A DNA stretch of 64,000 nt, taken from the IMG/VR virus record IMGVR_UViG_3300013830_000007, positions 1 to 64,000 of that record, one strand, 5' to 3'. Within the stretch, counting starts at the first letter, position 1. Each line of letters starts with the position of its first letter. Position numbers and translations under genes: made by a program. The DNA is from a virus. Taxonomy: Duplodnaviria > Caudoviricetes. This document shows positions 1 through 10,986 of the stretch, in pieces. The notes under the pieces are model-generated. The model had not been told where the DNA came from. It did no database searches and saw only the letters and a program-made list of their open reading frames with translations.

Positions 1-101
1 TTCCATAGACAATCTCCCAAGAAAGTACCGCCCACTGATGTAGGCGGTACCCAGTTACATTTGGCTTAAATTAACTTATCAAAGACAGATTAAAGAACTC
101 A

Positions 102-437
102 TTAAGGGTAAATTACTCGTATCCAATCGGTTCCAGGCTGACGTGCCTCCAATCCCTTACGAGCAGTGCGTCTGAACATTAAAGTAATCTTAGTGTTCTC
201 ATCGACTAAAAACTGCTTAAATAATTCAGCAGCTTTTTCCTCAGTGATGGGTGGATCAAAGGAGACAATATCATCCTTCTGATCTTCAGTGTGGGTGATA
301 TCGGTACACTTCCAAAGATCCAGGTTAGCATTATAGCCCAGCATATAGTCTAAATCATTCTTCTTAAAAATTATGAAGAAAGTATTACCTGAATCAAACA
401 GACCTTGGCAGATCTGTTCTTCTTTCTCATCTATCAT
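102..437 (-). CDS. Hypothetical protein (early region)
   Basis: ORF track 102..461. The start is moved to ATG at 437 because AAGGAGG lies just upstream. No recognisable motif. Confidence 0.6.
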   Translation of the reverse strand: MIDEKEEQICQGLFDSGNTFFIIFKKNDLDYMLGYNANLDLWKCTDITHTEDQKDDIVSFDPPITEEKAAELFKQFLVDENTKITLMFRRTARKGLEARQPGTDWIRVIYP

Positions 438-457
438 CGTACACCTCCTTGCTAGTT

Positions 458-1156
458 TCAATTCATACTAGAATCTATCATACCTATAAATTTACCTTCA
501 GTGAATTCATAACGATATGAATGAATAAATCTATCATGACCATTAGACTTAGGCGCAGATTTAGTGATTACAACTGAAACATCGTATCCTTCTTTAACCA
601 ATCGACCAATAAATTGAGGATAATGAAGATCTGTTTTAAGCGGATCGCCTTGTAAAAAACATACATATAAGCCATCATCATTCAATCCATAAAATTTACT
701 TTCAAGTCTATCTGATTCAAAACTAGTATCAAGAATCCACTTGTCGCAAGTCATATTCTCTGAAAATGGTATTCTAATAGGATCATGATCAACTGGGGCA
801 GTAATAACAATATGAATATCGTGACGAAAACGATAATCAAAACTAGTTTCTTTATAATAACCTGACCGTTCCTGCATAGCTGTAGTAAACTCAGAAAAAT
901 CATATTTACGCTTAGCATCTGGCAGAAAATACACAGAGCTAATTGCTCTAACAATAGCGTGCTTCTCATTGATAAGATTGTTAATATTCGCAATTGCAGA
1001 CTTCCATGATACCTTCTTGGCTCTACGGGGAATCAAACGATCGCCAGTGCTGTATTTATAAACACCGTCTTCACCGAAAAGATACTCATAGCCAAGCTGT
1101 TTATTATTGATAAAGAAACTAAACAGTATTTCGTGCTCAGTATTCATTGTATTCAT
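458..1156 (-). CDS. Hypothetical protein
   Basis: 232-aa ORF with an AGGAGG RBS directly after a hairpin and T-tract. No recognisable motif. Confidence 0.65.
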   Translation of the reverse strand: MNTMNTEHEILFSFFINNKQLGYEYLFGEDGVYKYSTGDRLIPRRAKKVSWKSAIANINNLINEKHAIVRAISSVYFLPDAKRKYDFSEFTTAMQERSGYYKETSFDYRFRHDIHIVITAPVDHDPIRIPFSENMTCDKWILDTSFESDRLESKFYGLNDDGLYVCFLQGDPLKTDLHYPQFIGRLVKEGYDVSVVITKSAPKSNGHDRFIHSYRYEFTEGKFIGMIDSSMN

Positions 1157-1226
1157 TATAACCTCCTAAAAAACAGCACACCCATATTTCAGGGTGTGCT
1201 GTCTGATTAAATCAAAATTAAATTTA

Positions 1227-2495
1227 TTAGATAGTCATACGCTTGACAGTATCAGCAATAAACTGATAGTGATTGCCAGACTTCTTAGACTTCAGTGCAT
1301 CAGCTATCGTCTTATAAGGAATCTTAACCTCAGGATTATCAATGTAGAAGAACTCATCACCGGGATGCATGATTACTCTGCCGTAGAAAAGTCTGTTACC
1401 CTTAGACGATTTCTCATTGGCATCGTAAACTACTCCGCTTACAAAGCAATAAACCGCTTCATTTCCCTGAGGATCTTTATTGTTGATATCCAGAACAGTA
1501 GTGCAGAGACTATACTGCATCTTACCAAGCTCACTAACTTTCTTACGAAGAATACCGGATACATCCTGATACATCTCCTCAAGAGAGTCATACTGCATAA
1601 GATTGCCTCTGAACTCCTTATCGTTCATACTGTCCATGAAATCTTTAAAGAAATCTCTCTGATAGAATGAACGTGCCGCCCAATCGCTTACCCAGCAAGG
1701 AGTGGTTGCAAAATCCTCCTTAAGTCTTGCGATGGTTGCTTTGACTACTGGAGTATCATAGTTGAAATCGAAGTCCTTAGCAGTGTCACTCTTACTAACA
1801 TTGTTATCGTAAAACACTGCCAGAAGTTCGCAACGAACTAATGGCTTCTCATCCTCGCTGGTTTCAAAAGATGCAATCTTATATGCTGCAAGCAGAATAA
1901 GATCTTTGGGTATCCTTCTACCAAGAAGAATGATATCTCCTTCCTTAACCGGAACCAGTGCATGAAGTCCGTTAAGAACATCATCATTGGTATAAACTAC
2001 AGCAGCCTGAAGTTTCTCACCTTTAGAACCGCATACAGTAAGTGCGTAACCATCGCCATACGCAGCTCCACCTTCCTCAAATACTCCAACCGCATTAGAG
2101 TTTTTAAGAAGAATGCCATCAACGTCAATAATAGCATCAACGCTAATCTGCTCACCCTTGGTAGGCTTAAACAGATCCTTCAGTCTAAGAAGAGCACGAT
2201 TGCTCATACCCTTAACCTTGGAATGCATGACTCTATCGTTGCTCCTTCCATCAAACCTAATTGCGTTAAAATCTCTACGACTGAAAACCTCAGGCGCTTT
2301 AGCCTGAATGTTCTCATTATGCTCTGTCATCTCTTGCTCCTTGACAGGCTCCTCAGTCTTAACTTCCTCAACGGGAGTCTCAACCTCAGGAGCCTCAGCT
2401 TCGACTTGCGGTGCCTCAACAAACTCAGGAGGAGTGGGAATAGGAATATTCTCATCTCTCTGGTTGATACCGCTAAGATTATTTGCTACTGTCAT
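1227..2495 (-). CDS. Hypothetical protein with acidic Pro/Glu-rich N-terminus
   Basis: 422-aa ORF with a GAGGG RBS, downstream of a TATATTAC motif at 2603-2610. Confidence 0.7.
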   Translation of the reverse strand: MTVANNLSGINQRDENIPIPTPPEFVEAPQVEAEAPEVETPVEEVKTEEPVKEQEMTEHNENIQAKAPEVFSRRDFNAIRFDGRSNDRVMHSKVKGMSNRALLRLKDLFKPTKGEQISVDAIIDVDGILLKNSNAVGVFEEGGAAYGDGYALTVCGSKGEKLQAAVVYTNDDVLNGLHALVPVKEGDIILLGRRIPKDLILLAAYKIASFETSEDEKPLVRCELLAVFYDNNVSKSDTAKDFDFNYDTPVVKATIARLKEDFATTPCWVSDWAARSFYQRDFFKDFMDSMNDKEFRGNLMQYDSLEEMYQDVSGILRKKVSELGKMQYSLCTTVLDINNKDPQGNEAVYCFVSGVVYDANEKSSKGNRLFYGRVIMHPGDEFFYIDNPEVKIPYKTIADALKSKKSGNHYQFIADTVKRMTI

Positions 2496-2602
2496 AATAC
2501 CCTCGCAACAAGTTACTAATTAAAATACATACTGCTTAATATGTCTAAGGCACGTAATGCTATCAGACTATTAATAAATATTTTAATTATTGTTGCAATT
2601 TA

Positions 2603-2610
2603 GTAATATA
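2603..2610 (-). promoter_or_regulatory. Putative early (virion RNAP) promoter motif TATATTAC
   Basis: Exact match to the phiKZ early promoter consensus, upstream of a minus-strand gene run. TATATTAT variants occur at six other intergenic sites. Confidence 0.6.
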
Positions 2611-2665
2611 TAGATAAAAAGGTATTGAGATGTACAGACCAAAGACTGGTCTGTACATCTGTTAT

Positions 2666-5266
2666 TTACCAGGCTCTGCTTATAGCTAATGCATAGATAT
2701 AACTTGTTTTACATACAACTGTGATAGTATCGCTAGTAATATCTGTGACAGCAGCACCAGGAGCAACATCTGCATTTTCAAAATTAGACTCTGTTCCATA
2801 GTATTTGATAGATACCTGAATATCGGTTGATAAGAACGGATTAGGTACTGTATAAGTAGTATCATTAGTAGCTACCTGCATATTGTTAATAGGTACTACA
2901 CAAAATCTGCCTAAACAGGTATTGACAGGTGTCCATCCGTTATCTCCGTAAACAGCACTTCCTATACAAGTCTCAGATACTTCTTTGTTACCTTTATACA
3001 TCTTATTCTCTGGAATAGAATAAAATCTTTCAGATAAGAAATAAGCAAGATTGTATAAGGATACCACTCCATCGTTTCTATCAGTTTCAACAGTTAAGAT
3101 TAATTTCCTGACTCTGATAGGCTGATCAAAATCAGCATGATAAACGATATCGTCATCTTCAACAGAATAGAAAGGATAGTATACATCTACCGAATCGTAT
3201 ACTACACTTACTTCGTTACCAGTTTCATCTATACCGCTAACTGTCAATGTCCATGACTTAGGTACATAATCAGCATCCTCCTTCTTCCAGAACAGTGTAT
3301 AACCCATTAACAGTACATCGTCAGATTTAATCGTCTGTTCAATAACTGCTCTGTTAACACCTGCTCTGGAATACCAGCTATCTGTTCCGTTGTAGATATA
3401 AGTTAATGGAGTATCAGGATTACTTGCACCATCAATAAGGCTTAATGTACCATATACATCTGAAGTATATGCTTCAGATGTATTATCACTACCAGGATTA
3501 CTCAGATTGGATTGGAATTTATCTGAGAAAATATCTATACCTTTTCTGATGTTACCATACTCAGGAGGATAATAAGAAGTAGTGAAATATGGAGTCGAAT
3601 TTAATTCAGCTTTAGCAAATATATAGCAAGGTAACTTAGTCGCTGTTACCGGAAGTGCTGCAACTTTCCTGAAAGTATCCACAGCTGGATAAGTTACTAT
3701 TCTGTTAGCTCCATTAGTAGGTACACATACGCCAAATGATTCTTTGGTAAGAAGAATATTTGAAATAGAAGTATCAGATAAAGTTAAACTAATTTTAATC
3801 TCAAGATCAGCAGTTGCATCTAACAGAATAAATGCAATACTGTCTACTTCTATTGGATCGGGGAAAGTAATTGAACAGGTATTGGTTTCATCTATACTCT
3901 GATAATTAGTAGGATTAGTTACTCTGTGAATAAATGTTGTATTACCTGAGAATACTTTCCAATCAGTTAACTTACCATTTTTGCATTTAACTGTATACGA
4001 ACTTATAGTTCTCTTGGCATGGAACTGCATTCTGAAAGTAGCAGAACTTTGAATATCTGTTTTATTTATCTTAGCATAAGTATTATCTAAAGCAAATAAC
4101 TTAGGTGCTTCATTAACCAATGAACCTTTATTGGTAGTTATAACTCCATTAACCATATCAAACGAAGAATTATTCGCCGGATTGATTAACGAAGGAAGTA
4201 TAACTGTTATAGGCGGAGTTAATCCAGACTGACTTAACCTTGAAGGTAATAATCCCATAGGTGCATCAGTGATGATAGCAGGAGGGATGGTTACCATATT
4301 AGCTAACTGCTTGGTCATAGCGTCATTGACTAAGGTTTCGGATTCATCCTTAGTCAGATAGTTATCATGAGTATGATCAACTTTAGCATAATCAGATAAC
4401 TTAGACTTGATAATAGTATCCGCTTCAGTCTGGGAAATATATTCTGAATGGGTGTGATCAGCTTTAGCAGCTCCTATAAGGTCAGGAGTAATATTGTGCG
4501 GATTAACTGCAATCTCATGAGCATTTAACTCTGCCAAATATCTGGTAGTCTGAGCTTCTACTTCATTAGTAAGTTTATCTCTATCATGTAAGTAATCATC
4601 TTTCTTAACGAACGAAGCTGAATCAATACTTATCTGAGCTTTGGTTTTAGCACCAATATATTCATTTAATCTATCTGTTACATAATAGACAGATAATCTG
4701 TCAATTACGATAGATTCATTCTTATTGACATCGACACCTACAAATGAAATCGTATCAGTACTAATATCATCTATAGTAAAAGATACAGTAGTCTGTCCTA
4801 CTTCTCTGAAAGTAGCTACCCATTCGTTATTCTTTCTTAATTCAGCATATCCAGAAGGTATCTCACTGAAATTTGTTGTGATGAGATATGTACCGGGCTG
4901 AGCAAATGCTTTAGGATTAATAGTTAAAGAATTATCTGGTTCATTGCCTATACATTTAGCGCTATTGTCGGCAAATTCCCAATTCTTTAAAATAAAATCA
5001 TCAGGTACATTAAAATAACTGTCAACCTGAGATAACGAAATAGTTGCCAGATCCTGAAATAAGTCACCATCAGGATCTATGGATTTAAGAGCTATCTTGA
5101 TATCAAGGAGAGCTGACTCAAGCATCTCTTTATTGATAAGAGCTTTTCTGTCAGCAGTCTCATAATCTTCAGCAATTTTAGTTAATTTGGTTCCACCTAA
5201 AATAAGTTCGTCACATACTACTTTAGGTGTAACAACTTGCTGTGCTGTTAAAGTACTATTGTTCAT
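2666..5266 (-). CDS. Putative virion tail/baseplate-associated protein
   Basis: 866 aa. Contains the tail-fibre-type motif AHEIAVNPHNITPDLIGAAKADHTHSEY, a second DHTH repeat, and beta-rich C-terminal segments resembling carbohydrate-binding (discoidin-like) domains. Confidence 0.55.
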   Translation of the reverse strand: MNNSTLTAQQVVTPKVVCDELILGGTKLTKIAEDYETADRKALINKEMLESALLDIKIALKSIDPDGDLFQDLATISLSQVDSYFNVPDDFILKNWEFADNSAKCIGNEPDNSLTINPKAFAQPGTYLITTNFSEIPSGYAELRKNNEWVATFREVGQTTVSFTIDDISTDTISFVGVDVNKNESIVIDRLSVYYVTDRLNEYIGAKTKAQISIDSASFVKKDDYLHDRDKLTNEVEAQTTRYLAELNAHEIAVNPHNITPDLIGAAKADHTHSEYISQTEADTIIKSKLSDYAKVDHTHDNYLTKDESETLVNDAMTKQLANMVTIPPAIITDAPMGLLPSRLSQSGLTPPITVILPSLINPANNSSFDMVNGVITTNKGSLVNEAPKLFALDNTYAKINKTDIQSSATFRMQFHAKRTISSYTVKCKNGKLTDWKVFSGNTTFIHRVTNPTNYQSIDETNTCSITFPDPIEVDSIAFILLDATADLEIKISLTLSDTSISNILLTKESFGVCVPTNGANRIVTYPAVDTFRKVAALPVTATKLPCYIFAKAELNSTPYFTTSYYPPEYGNIRKGIDIFSDKFQSNLSNPGSDNTSEAYTSDVYGTLSLIDGASNPDTPLTYIYNGTDSWYSRAGVNRAVIEQTIKSDDVLLMGYTLFWKKEDADYVPKSWTLTVSGIDETGNEVSVVYDSVDVYYPFYSVEDDDIVYHADFDQPIRVRKLILTVETDRNDGVVSLYNLAYFLSERFYSIPENKMYKGNKEVSETCIGSAVYGDNGWTPVNTCLGRFCVVPINNMQVATNDTTYTVPNPFLSTDIQVSIKYYGTESNFENADVAPGAAVTDITSDTITVVCKTSYIYALAISRAW

Positions 5267-5356
5267 TGTGACATTTCCTTTATACGTATAAAAGTCGACT
5301 CATTTAATGGCAAGATGCTCACTACCCAAAGCGGTAGTGAACATCTTGCGTTTATT

Positions 5357-6895
5357 TTAACTAAAACTAGGCTTGGTAATATCACTATCATCTTCTTCGT
5401 CATCGTCACCCGCAGCATAAATGTTGGTAACGCTTTTATTCTCTGAGTTGATATCGTCCATGATACCTAATTCACCTTCAAATCTATAAGCAAAAAACTT
5501 ATCTTTCTCTGACGTATTCTCATGATAACGATGCTTATCCAATTTAAATGTCATCCATGGTCTATCTGTTGTATCGAGTTCCTTATTCTGATAAATAACC
5601 ATATCTACTTCTCGCTGAGGGTCTGTAGAATCAGCTAACATATCAGCTGAAAACTTTTTAACAGCACCGCATGGATTCAATCTTACCATTTCATCCGCTT
5701 TTCTATTTAACTGATGTGCAGTAATCAAACAACAGTTGTTTGATTTCAAAAAGTTACAAAGATTGGTATACAGCATTCTTACCTGAAGATAATTTCCCTG
5801 TTTATCATTACCATCTTTTCGCATCATATTAACATAATCTATGATACAAACTAACGGTGTATAACCAAGTCTTACTATTTCTTTGAATTCCATAACCAAT
5901 TCATTGAAACCAAAATCCTGTCCTACTTTACGGCGCATGATTAAACGCCAGCCGCACTCTTTAAAACGTTTAATACAATACTTAACTATATCAGCATTCG
6001 ATATATCAGCAGGAGGTACTTCTTTCTTATCATTTATCCAAAGTTCGTTGAACATAGCTTTCATATTCTGCGGAACTTCATTTTCCATTGAATAAAAAAT
6101 ACAGGTTGGATTGACAAATGACTCATCTACTTTATTCAGTGTGATTATCCAGCGTGCTAGTTTAAGCAGCATCATAGATTTACCATTATGAGCACGACTG
6201 TTTATTACCAAACTTTCTCCAAGGTCTATTCCACCATCCATGGCTTTATTCAAACCTTGCAATCCAGTAATGAATCTATTCTTTTTAGTATTGGTTGTCA
6301 ATACTTCCATAGCCTTAATCAGAGATTCTTCATCATTAGAATCCATTTCTCTGGCTAAATGTTCTTCTGCTTTTCCTTTTAACTTGTTGAAATAATCATT
6401 ATTATATTGAAGAATATTCTCATATGCTTCATTTAACTTAGCTAACGTATTTTCCTGAGCAGATACTGAATTATCAGTAGGTTTGCTCATAATACCAAAC
6501 ATTTGTCTGACTGCCTTATCATTATGCTCAAGCATTAACCATCTGCATAATTTCTGATATGAAAATTCAATAGAATCTTCATTGACTTCAGCAGTCATCA
6601 TTGACTGTATTGAACGGAGAATTTCAGGATCGTTTTGAACCGCTTTGTTATTCTTAATACGTACTATTAAAGCTTCCATCGATGCTTTATCACTAAGCGA
6701 AATATTACTGTCTAATACTTCCCTTATTAGCATTGTATAAAAATCAAACGCATCCTGATTAAGGAGCTGATTGTTATTCAAAGCTTTAACGTGTATATCA
6801 AGAATTTTAGTTGCAACATCACGGGTAGTCTGATCATTTCTCCTTAATAATAGAAACAGTGTATCTGACAATGTTTCTACAGAATATTTAACCAT
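5357..6895 (-). CDS. dnaB: DnaB-like (SF4) replicative helicase, phiKZ gp118-like
   Basis: Walker A SRAHNGKS, Walker B IIDYVNMM, motif TAHQLNR. Divergent from the head gene and capsid gene as in phiKZ. Confidence 0.85.
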   Translation of the reverse strand: MVKYSVETLSDTLFLLLRRNDQTTRDVATKILDIHVKALNNNQLLNQDAFDFYTMLIREVLDSNISLSDKASMEALIVRIKNNKAVQNDPEILRSIQSMMTAEVNEDSIEFSYQKLCRWLMLEHNDKAVRQMFGIMSKPTDNSVSAQENTLAKLNEAYENILQYNNDYFNKLKGKAEEHLAREMDSNDEESLIKAMEVLTTNTKKNRFITGLQGLNKAMDGGIDLGESLVINSRAHNGKSMMLLKLARWIITLNKVDESFVNPTCIFYSMENEVPQNMKAMFNELWINDKKEVPPADISNADIVKYCIKRFKECGWRLIMRRKVGQDFGFNELVMEFKEIVRLGYTPLVCIIDYVNMMRKDGNDKQGNYLQVRMLYTNLCNFLKSNNCCLITAHQLNRKADEMVRLNPCGAVKKFSADMLADSTDPQREVDMVIYQNKELDTTDRPWMTFKLDKHRYHENTSEKDKFFAYRFEGELGIMDDINSENKSVTNIYAAGDDDEEDDSDITKPSFS

Positions 6896-6992
6896 GCTAT
6901 TATTCTCTGACCTATTTAAACATGCAATGATTATCTTACATTTTTAATCATGAAAGATAACTCAAATTGCAATTTGAATAAGGATTAATTAA

Positions 6993-8546
6993 ATGAATGC
7001 GTTCTTAACACATGTGTTAATCAACAATACTGATAATTCTGATCATCAGTTATGTAACTTCATCCTTGATGGATTAACTGATTACGACAAAATGAAGGTC
7101 GTACTTGAACAGGCTATCTACTATTCTTATCTCAAAGTCACTACTGGAGATAACAGTGTAGTAAAAGATATCAGTAAATCTGTCCATTCAATGTACCTTC
7201 AGTTAAAAAGATTTATCAATACTGAAAACAAAGTTCACAATGATTTTTATATCACTGGTATGGAAACCATCAGCAGTATTCTCAATGATAAATTAACCCG
7301 TGCTAATTTTGACTACAGTACTGTTGTGGCCATCTTCAGTGAGAAAGTAGAACAAACTTACTACGGTAATTTATACGTCCCTACTATTACCAAGGTATTT
7401 CTTGATATCTGGTGTAACATGATGACTGGCTGGTACAATAAAGATGAGTACCCTGAAGGTATCATGTATGATAGTGCTTTATATACACCTAATGTTACTA
7501 CTATAAAAGGAAGCAATAGTCAAAACACTGTTACTTCTTACCGGGTTGCAATCACTCTGAATCCTATCTCAATCAAACAATTCTTTTTCAGTGGTTCTCC
7601 GGCTTTATGCTTAGCGTGCTTATTCAGGAATTGCGATTTTAGCGAGTATAACCTAAACGATATTCCTGCAATTTTTAGCAGCTTTTGCATCGATCATAGC
7701 AAATATGTTATGACAAACTCACCGGATGTCACATTTGTTGATGTTTGTTTCGATATGGTTACTGGAAGTTCATTCACATGCAAACCAGCAGGGAAGGATT
7801 GCATTATTGACCGTGAACCGTGGATAGACTGCATTAGAGATATGATCTCCAATAACAGGCTTAGCCCAGTTCTGGATGGAGAACTTTTCGGAGAGTTGCT
7901 TGCAAGAATAGGAGAAAACTCCGATCTCGTTAACTACTTTAAAAAACCTATCACCACAATTACCGCTACGGAAGCTCTTGCATTCCGTAAAAGCGTATTT
8001 GCAGAATTCTTAACAGATAAATTCGCAGTAGGACTTGAAGCGTTAGACGATGGAGAGTCTGATAAGAAGAAAGACGATTCAGACGATGATGATAAATCCG
8101 ATGATGAATCTGATGATAAAGATGATTCAGATACCTCTGAAGATAATTCTGATGATTCTACTGATGATACTGATTCTGACGATACCGATACTGATGATCA
8201 GACAGATGATGATTCCTTTGGAACGGATACTGATACTGATTCAACAGACGATACCGAGTCATCTCAACCGGCCGAGGACAAACCTGCAGAAAACGTCCGA
8301 CCTCAAATCGATCCGGGAAAGATGCTTCTTGAGTTAGCTAATCCTTCTGATTCAATGAGCGATTATATCTATCGTGAAACTGTTTCACGCAGAATCGCAT
8401 CTCTCTTAAAGAATCCTCCTGAAAACGCAATGCCTAATGATCTTTTAATGCTTAAACGCTGGAGATCCAGATGGCTGTATTTAGCCAGCATTGCCTGTCT
8501 TCGTGACTTCCTTACAAGAGTATCGTTAAGATTGTCTAATGTGTAA
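6993..8546 (+). CDS. Virion head protein, phiKZ gp119-like, with Asp/Thr-rich acidic linker
   Basis: Sits between helicase and capsid genes as in phiKZ. A G-x-E protease motif (VGLEAL) is followed by a long D/S/T-rich tract. Confidence 0.6.
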   Translation: MNAFLTHVLINNTDNSDHQLCNFILDGLTDYDKMKVVLEQAIYYSYLKVTTGDNSVVKDISKSVHSMYLQLKRFINTENKVHNDFYITGMETISSILNDKLTRANFDYSTVVAIFSEKVEQTYYGNLYVPTITKVFLDIWCNMMTGWYNKDEYPEGIMYDSALYTPNVTTIKGSNSQNTVTSYRVAITLNPISIKQFFFSGSPALCLACLFRNCDFSEYNLNDIPAIFSSFCIDHSKYVMTNSPDVTFVDVCFDMVTGSSFTCKPAGKDCIIDREPWIDCIRDMISNNRLSPVLDGELFGELLARIGENSDLVNYFKKPITTITATEALAFRKSVFAEFLTDKFAVGLEALDDGESDKKKDDSDDDDKSDDESDDKDDSDTSEDNSDDSTDDTDSDDTDTDDQTDDDSFGTDTDTDSTDDTESSQPAEDKPAENVRPQIDPGKMLLELANPSDSMSDYIYRETVSRRIASLLKNPPENAMPNDLLMLKRWRSRWLYLASIACLRDFLTRVSLRLSNV

Positions 8547-8586
8547 GATTTTAAAGTATTTACTTTTCAAAATTTAGAGGTCTATA

Positions 8587-10917
8587 ATGCCTATTAACAT
8601 TAACAACAAGAAGTCAGTTCAAGAGATCTACAACGAAATGATGCGGACTATTGATTCTGACAGGACTATGTCCACAACCGACTATGCACGCTGCAGGAAG
8701 GTTTATAATGCGTGCTGCGATTTCTTAGCTAAGAATCATCTGTTAAATGCTGGTGTAAGCACCGATTCCTTTGGCTCCGTTATTTCCATGGAGGCTTTCG
8801 ACGATGATACCCCGGTAGAGAATGCTGGTGTTGATGAGCTGGTAGATGAGGTAACCGAGGATAACGCAGTAGAGACTGAGACCGGTGATGCTGAGCCTGC
8901 TATCGATGTTGGTCCTGATGGTCCTGAGAAGGAAGAGACTAAGGAGGAGGTTAAGAAGGCTATCGCTGTATTCTTAGCCAAGGTCAAGGCTTGCGCTGGT
9001 AACAACACCGCATTCCTGCATCATCACTTCTCTCATGGTGGACAGGATCAGGCTCTGTCTCAGGCTATTGCCAACAGCGTAAATACTGTTTATGCTCCGT
9101 CACTGGCTGCCATGGCTAACAACATTGGTATCCCTTCTCAGGAAGCTTTCGGTGCTAACATCGATAAGGTTCTTCCTGATGTCCGTGCTTCCATGACTGT
9201 TACTCTGCTTCAGTTCCATCGTGGTCTTATTGACCGTATTATGCATCGTCGTACTTCCACTTCTCCGTACGTTAAGTATGTAGTACCGTATGCTGAAGTT
9301 TACGATATGCTTAAGAGTAATGATGAGGATCACAATGTCCGTGACTGGGGCGATCACATCATCCCGTTCATTGAGCTCTATGGCGATCCTAAGGCAGTAA
9401 CCAACCTGCTTCAGCCTATCATTCCTCTTGAGGCTAATGATACTGAGGGTGTTGTATTCGCTGATGGTTATATTAAGTTCGGTCCTCGTGCTAATCTGTT
9501 CGATCTGTCCGTACTTCCTAATCAGCTTGGTAAGACCCACTACAACTACACCGATCTCGTATCTGAGAACGTAATCGTTAAGTCGGTTGTTGTTGAGGTT
9601 ACTAAGGGTGAAAAGAAGGAGCTCATTGAGATCCCTGTTGACAAGGTAAATGGAGCTAGGTTACAGATGACTCCTAACGTCAACGACTCTGGTATGCGCT
9701 CCTGCATGTTTACCTACACTGTAAGGTTTGATAAGAACACCAAGACCAACACTGGTGCTACTTCTGAGATCTTTGCAGCTTGCACCGATACTGATATTAT
9801 CAGGGTAACTATTACTGATGCTACTTCCATCAACCTCAAGAGGTCTGATGTTCAGGGTATTGGTTCCGTTAGCTGGAAGGCATACTCTGTAACTGGTGCT
9901 GAAGTTGATCCTGCTGTTTCTGCTCTTGCTGATGAGATTGGCATGAACCTTGTAGCTTACAGTGTTGATGCTAAGTACTCTGAGGAAAACTTAAGGAAGT
10001 CCAACCTCGCTATCCGTAACCACATTCGTACCTTCGATTTCGAAATTTCGAATGGCCGTAATATCCTCGTCGATTACTCCTTCGAGGAAGAGATGCCTGA
10101 GTTCCTGATGAGCCTTGTTACTGAGGCAACCTCTCTTGGTCAGGACCACCGTGGTATCGATGTTATCATTCGTGAGCTGCTTCATGTTTACGATGTAACC
10201 AACGAGGAGAATGCTGATCCTAACTTCCGTGAGCGTCTTGATAAGATCGGATTCCAATACGTATCTTCTCAGCTCGTTCGTCCGGTTGTATATCTCGGCA
10301 CTATCGATCTGGCTAATGTTGATTCTGTACGTTCCAGCGATGTACTTGGCGATATTCGTCAGTATGTTGAGTGGGAGCTCCTGAACTACATTTCCCTGAT
10401 TTACCAGAACTCCTTCTATAAGCATCAGCTCAATGCTGGTGAGAAGCCGATGTTCAAGGTATTCACCTCCTCCGTAATTCTTGAGACCATCTTCAGCATT
10501 CCTCATATTCACAACCATCTGAATACTGAGTCTCCTGTTGACGGTTCTTCTGTTGAGTACAGGCGTGTACTTCCTAACGGAACTATTCTTGACTGCGTAA
10601 CCTGCACATTTAACTATATGCGCGATAAGGTCGTCATGATTCCTTATCGTGAGAACGCTCCTGAGGATATTCTGAACTTCGGTCACAACTGGGATTATGG
10701 TACATTCGTTGCTCACTACAATCCTCAGCTGGACAACGCTGTCAACAAGCGTGTATTCTCGAACACCAGGTCCATGGTTATTCCTACCAACCCTATGGGT
10801 CTGTATCTTGATGTTCATAACCTTAATGAGTTCATCGATATGTTCCAGATCACCAACCCGACTTCGTCCAAGCTGCCTCAGCCTAGTGAGCTGAATGTAG
10901 ATAAGAAAGGCGCATAA
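8587..10917 (+). CDS. Major capsid protein, phiKZ gp120-like
   Basis: 776 aa in the helicase-gp119-MCP order. Shows strong high-expression codon bias, an acidic N-terminal propeptide with S-x-E sites (SMEAF, SQEAF) and a strong terminator downstream. Confidence 0.85.
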   Translation: MPININNKKSVQEIYNEMMRTIDSDRTMSTTDYARCRKVYNACCDFLAKNHLLNAGVSTDSFGSVISMEAFDDDTPVENAGVDELVDEVTEDNAVETETGDAEPAIDVGPDGPEKEETKEEVKKAIAVFLAKVKACAGNNTAFLHHHFSHGGQDQALSQAIANSVNTVYAPSLAAMANNIGIPSQEAFGANIDKVLPDVRASMTVTLLQFHRGLIDRIMHRRTSTSPYVKYVVPYAEVYDMLKSNDEDHNVRDWGDHIIPFIELYGDPKAVTNLLQPIIPLEANDTEGVVFADGYIKFGPRANLFDLSVLPNQLGKTHYNYTDLVSENVIVKSVVVEVTKGEKKELIEIPVDKVNGARLQMTPNVNDSGMRSCMFTYTVRFDKNTKTNTGATSEIFAACTDTDIIRVTITDATSINLKRSDVQGIGSVSWKAYSVTGAEVDPAVSALADEIGMNLVAYSVDAKYSEENLRKSNLAIRNHIRTFDFEISNGRNILVDYSFEEEMPEFLMSLVTEATSLGQDHRGIDVIIRELLHVYDVTNEENADPNFRERLDKIGFQYVSSQLVRPVVYLGTIDLANVDSVRSSDVLGDIRQYVEWELLNYISLIYQNSFYKHQLNAGEKPMFKVFTSSVILETIFSIPHIHNHLNTESPVDGSSVEYRRVLPNGTILDCVTCTFNYMRDKVVMIPYRENAPEDILNFGHNWDYGTFVAHYNPQLDNAVNKRVFSNTRSMVIPTNPMGLYLDVHNLNEFIDMFQITNPTSSKLPQPSELNVDKKGA

Positions 10918-10948
10918 TATAAAAATTATTCGCTAATCAACGATTAAA

Positions 10949-10980
10949 GACTACCATCCCTGTTACCAGGGATGGTAGTC
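10949..10980. terminator. Intrinsic terminator hairpin between convergent genes
   Basis: Perfect 14-bp stem gactaccatccctg/cagggatggtagtc with a 4-nt loop. Confidence 0.75.
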
Positions 10981-10986
10981 CTATCG

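Noticed and set aside
1194-2519. Plus-strand ORFs 1194..1670, 1962..2519, 2113..2307 and 2308..2523
   Set aside because: They are antisense shadows of the 422-aa gene, with no RBS or motifs.
8050-8337. Overlapping plus-strand 95-aa ORF rich in M/I/L
   Set aside because: It is an alternative-frame reading of the Asp-rich (GAT/GAC) tract of the head protein.
8736-10818. Minus-strand ORFs inside the capsid gene (8736..9008, 9100..9540, 9991..10818)
   Set aside because: The capsid gene's biased codon usage suppresses antisense stops, and there are no independent signals.
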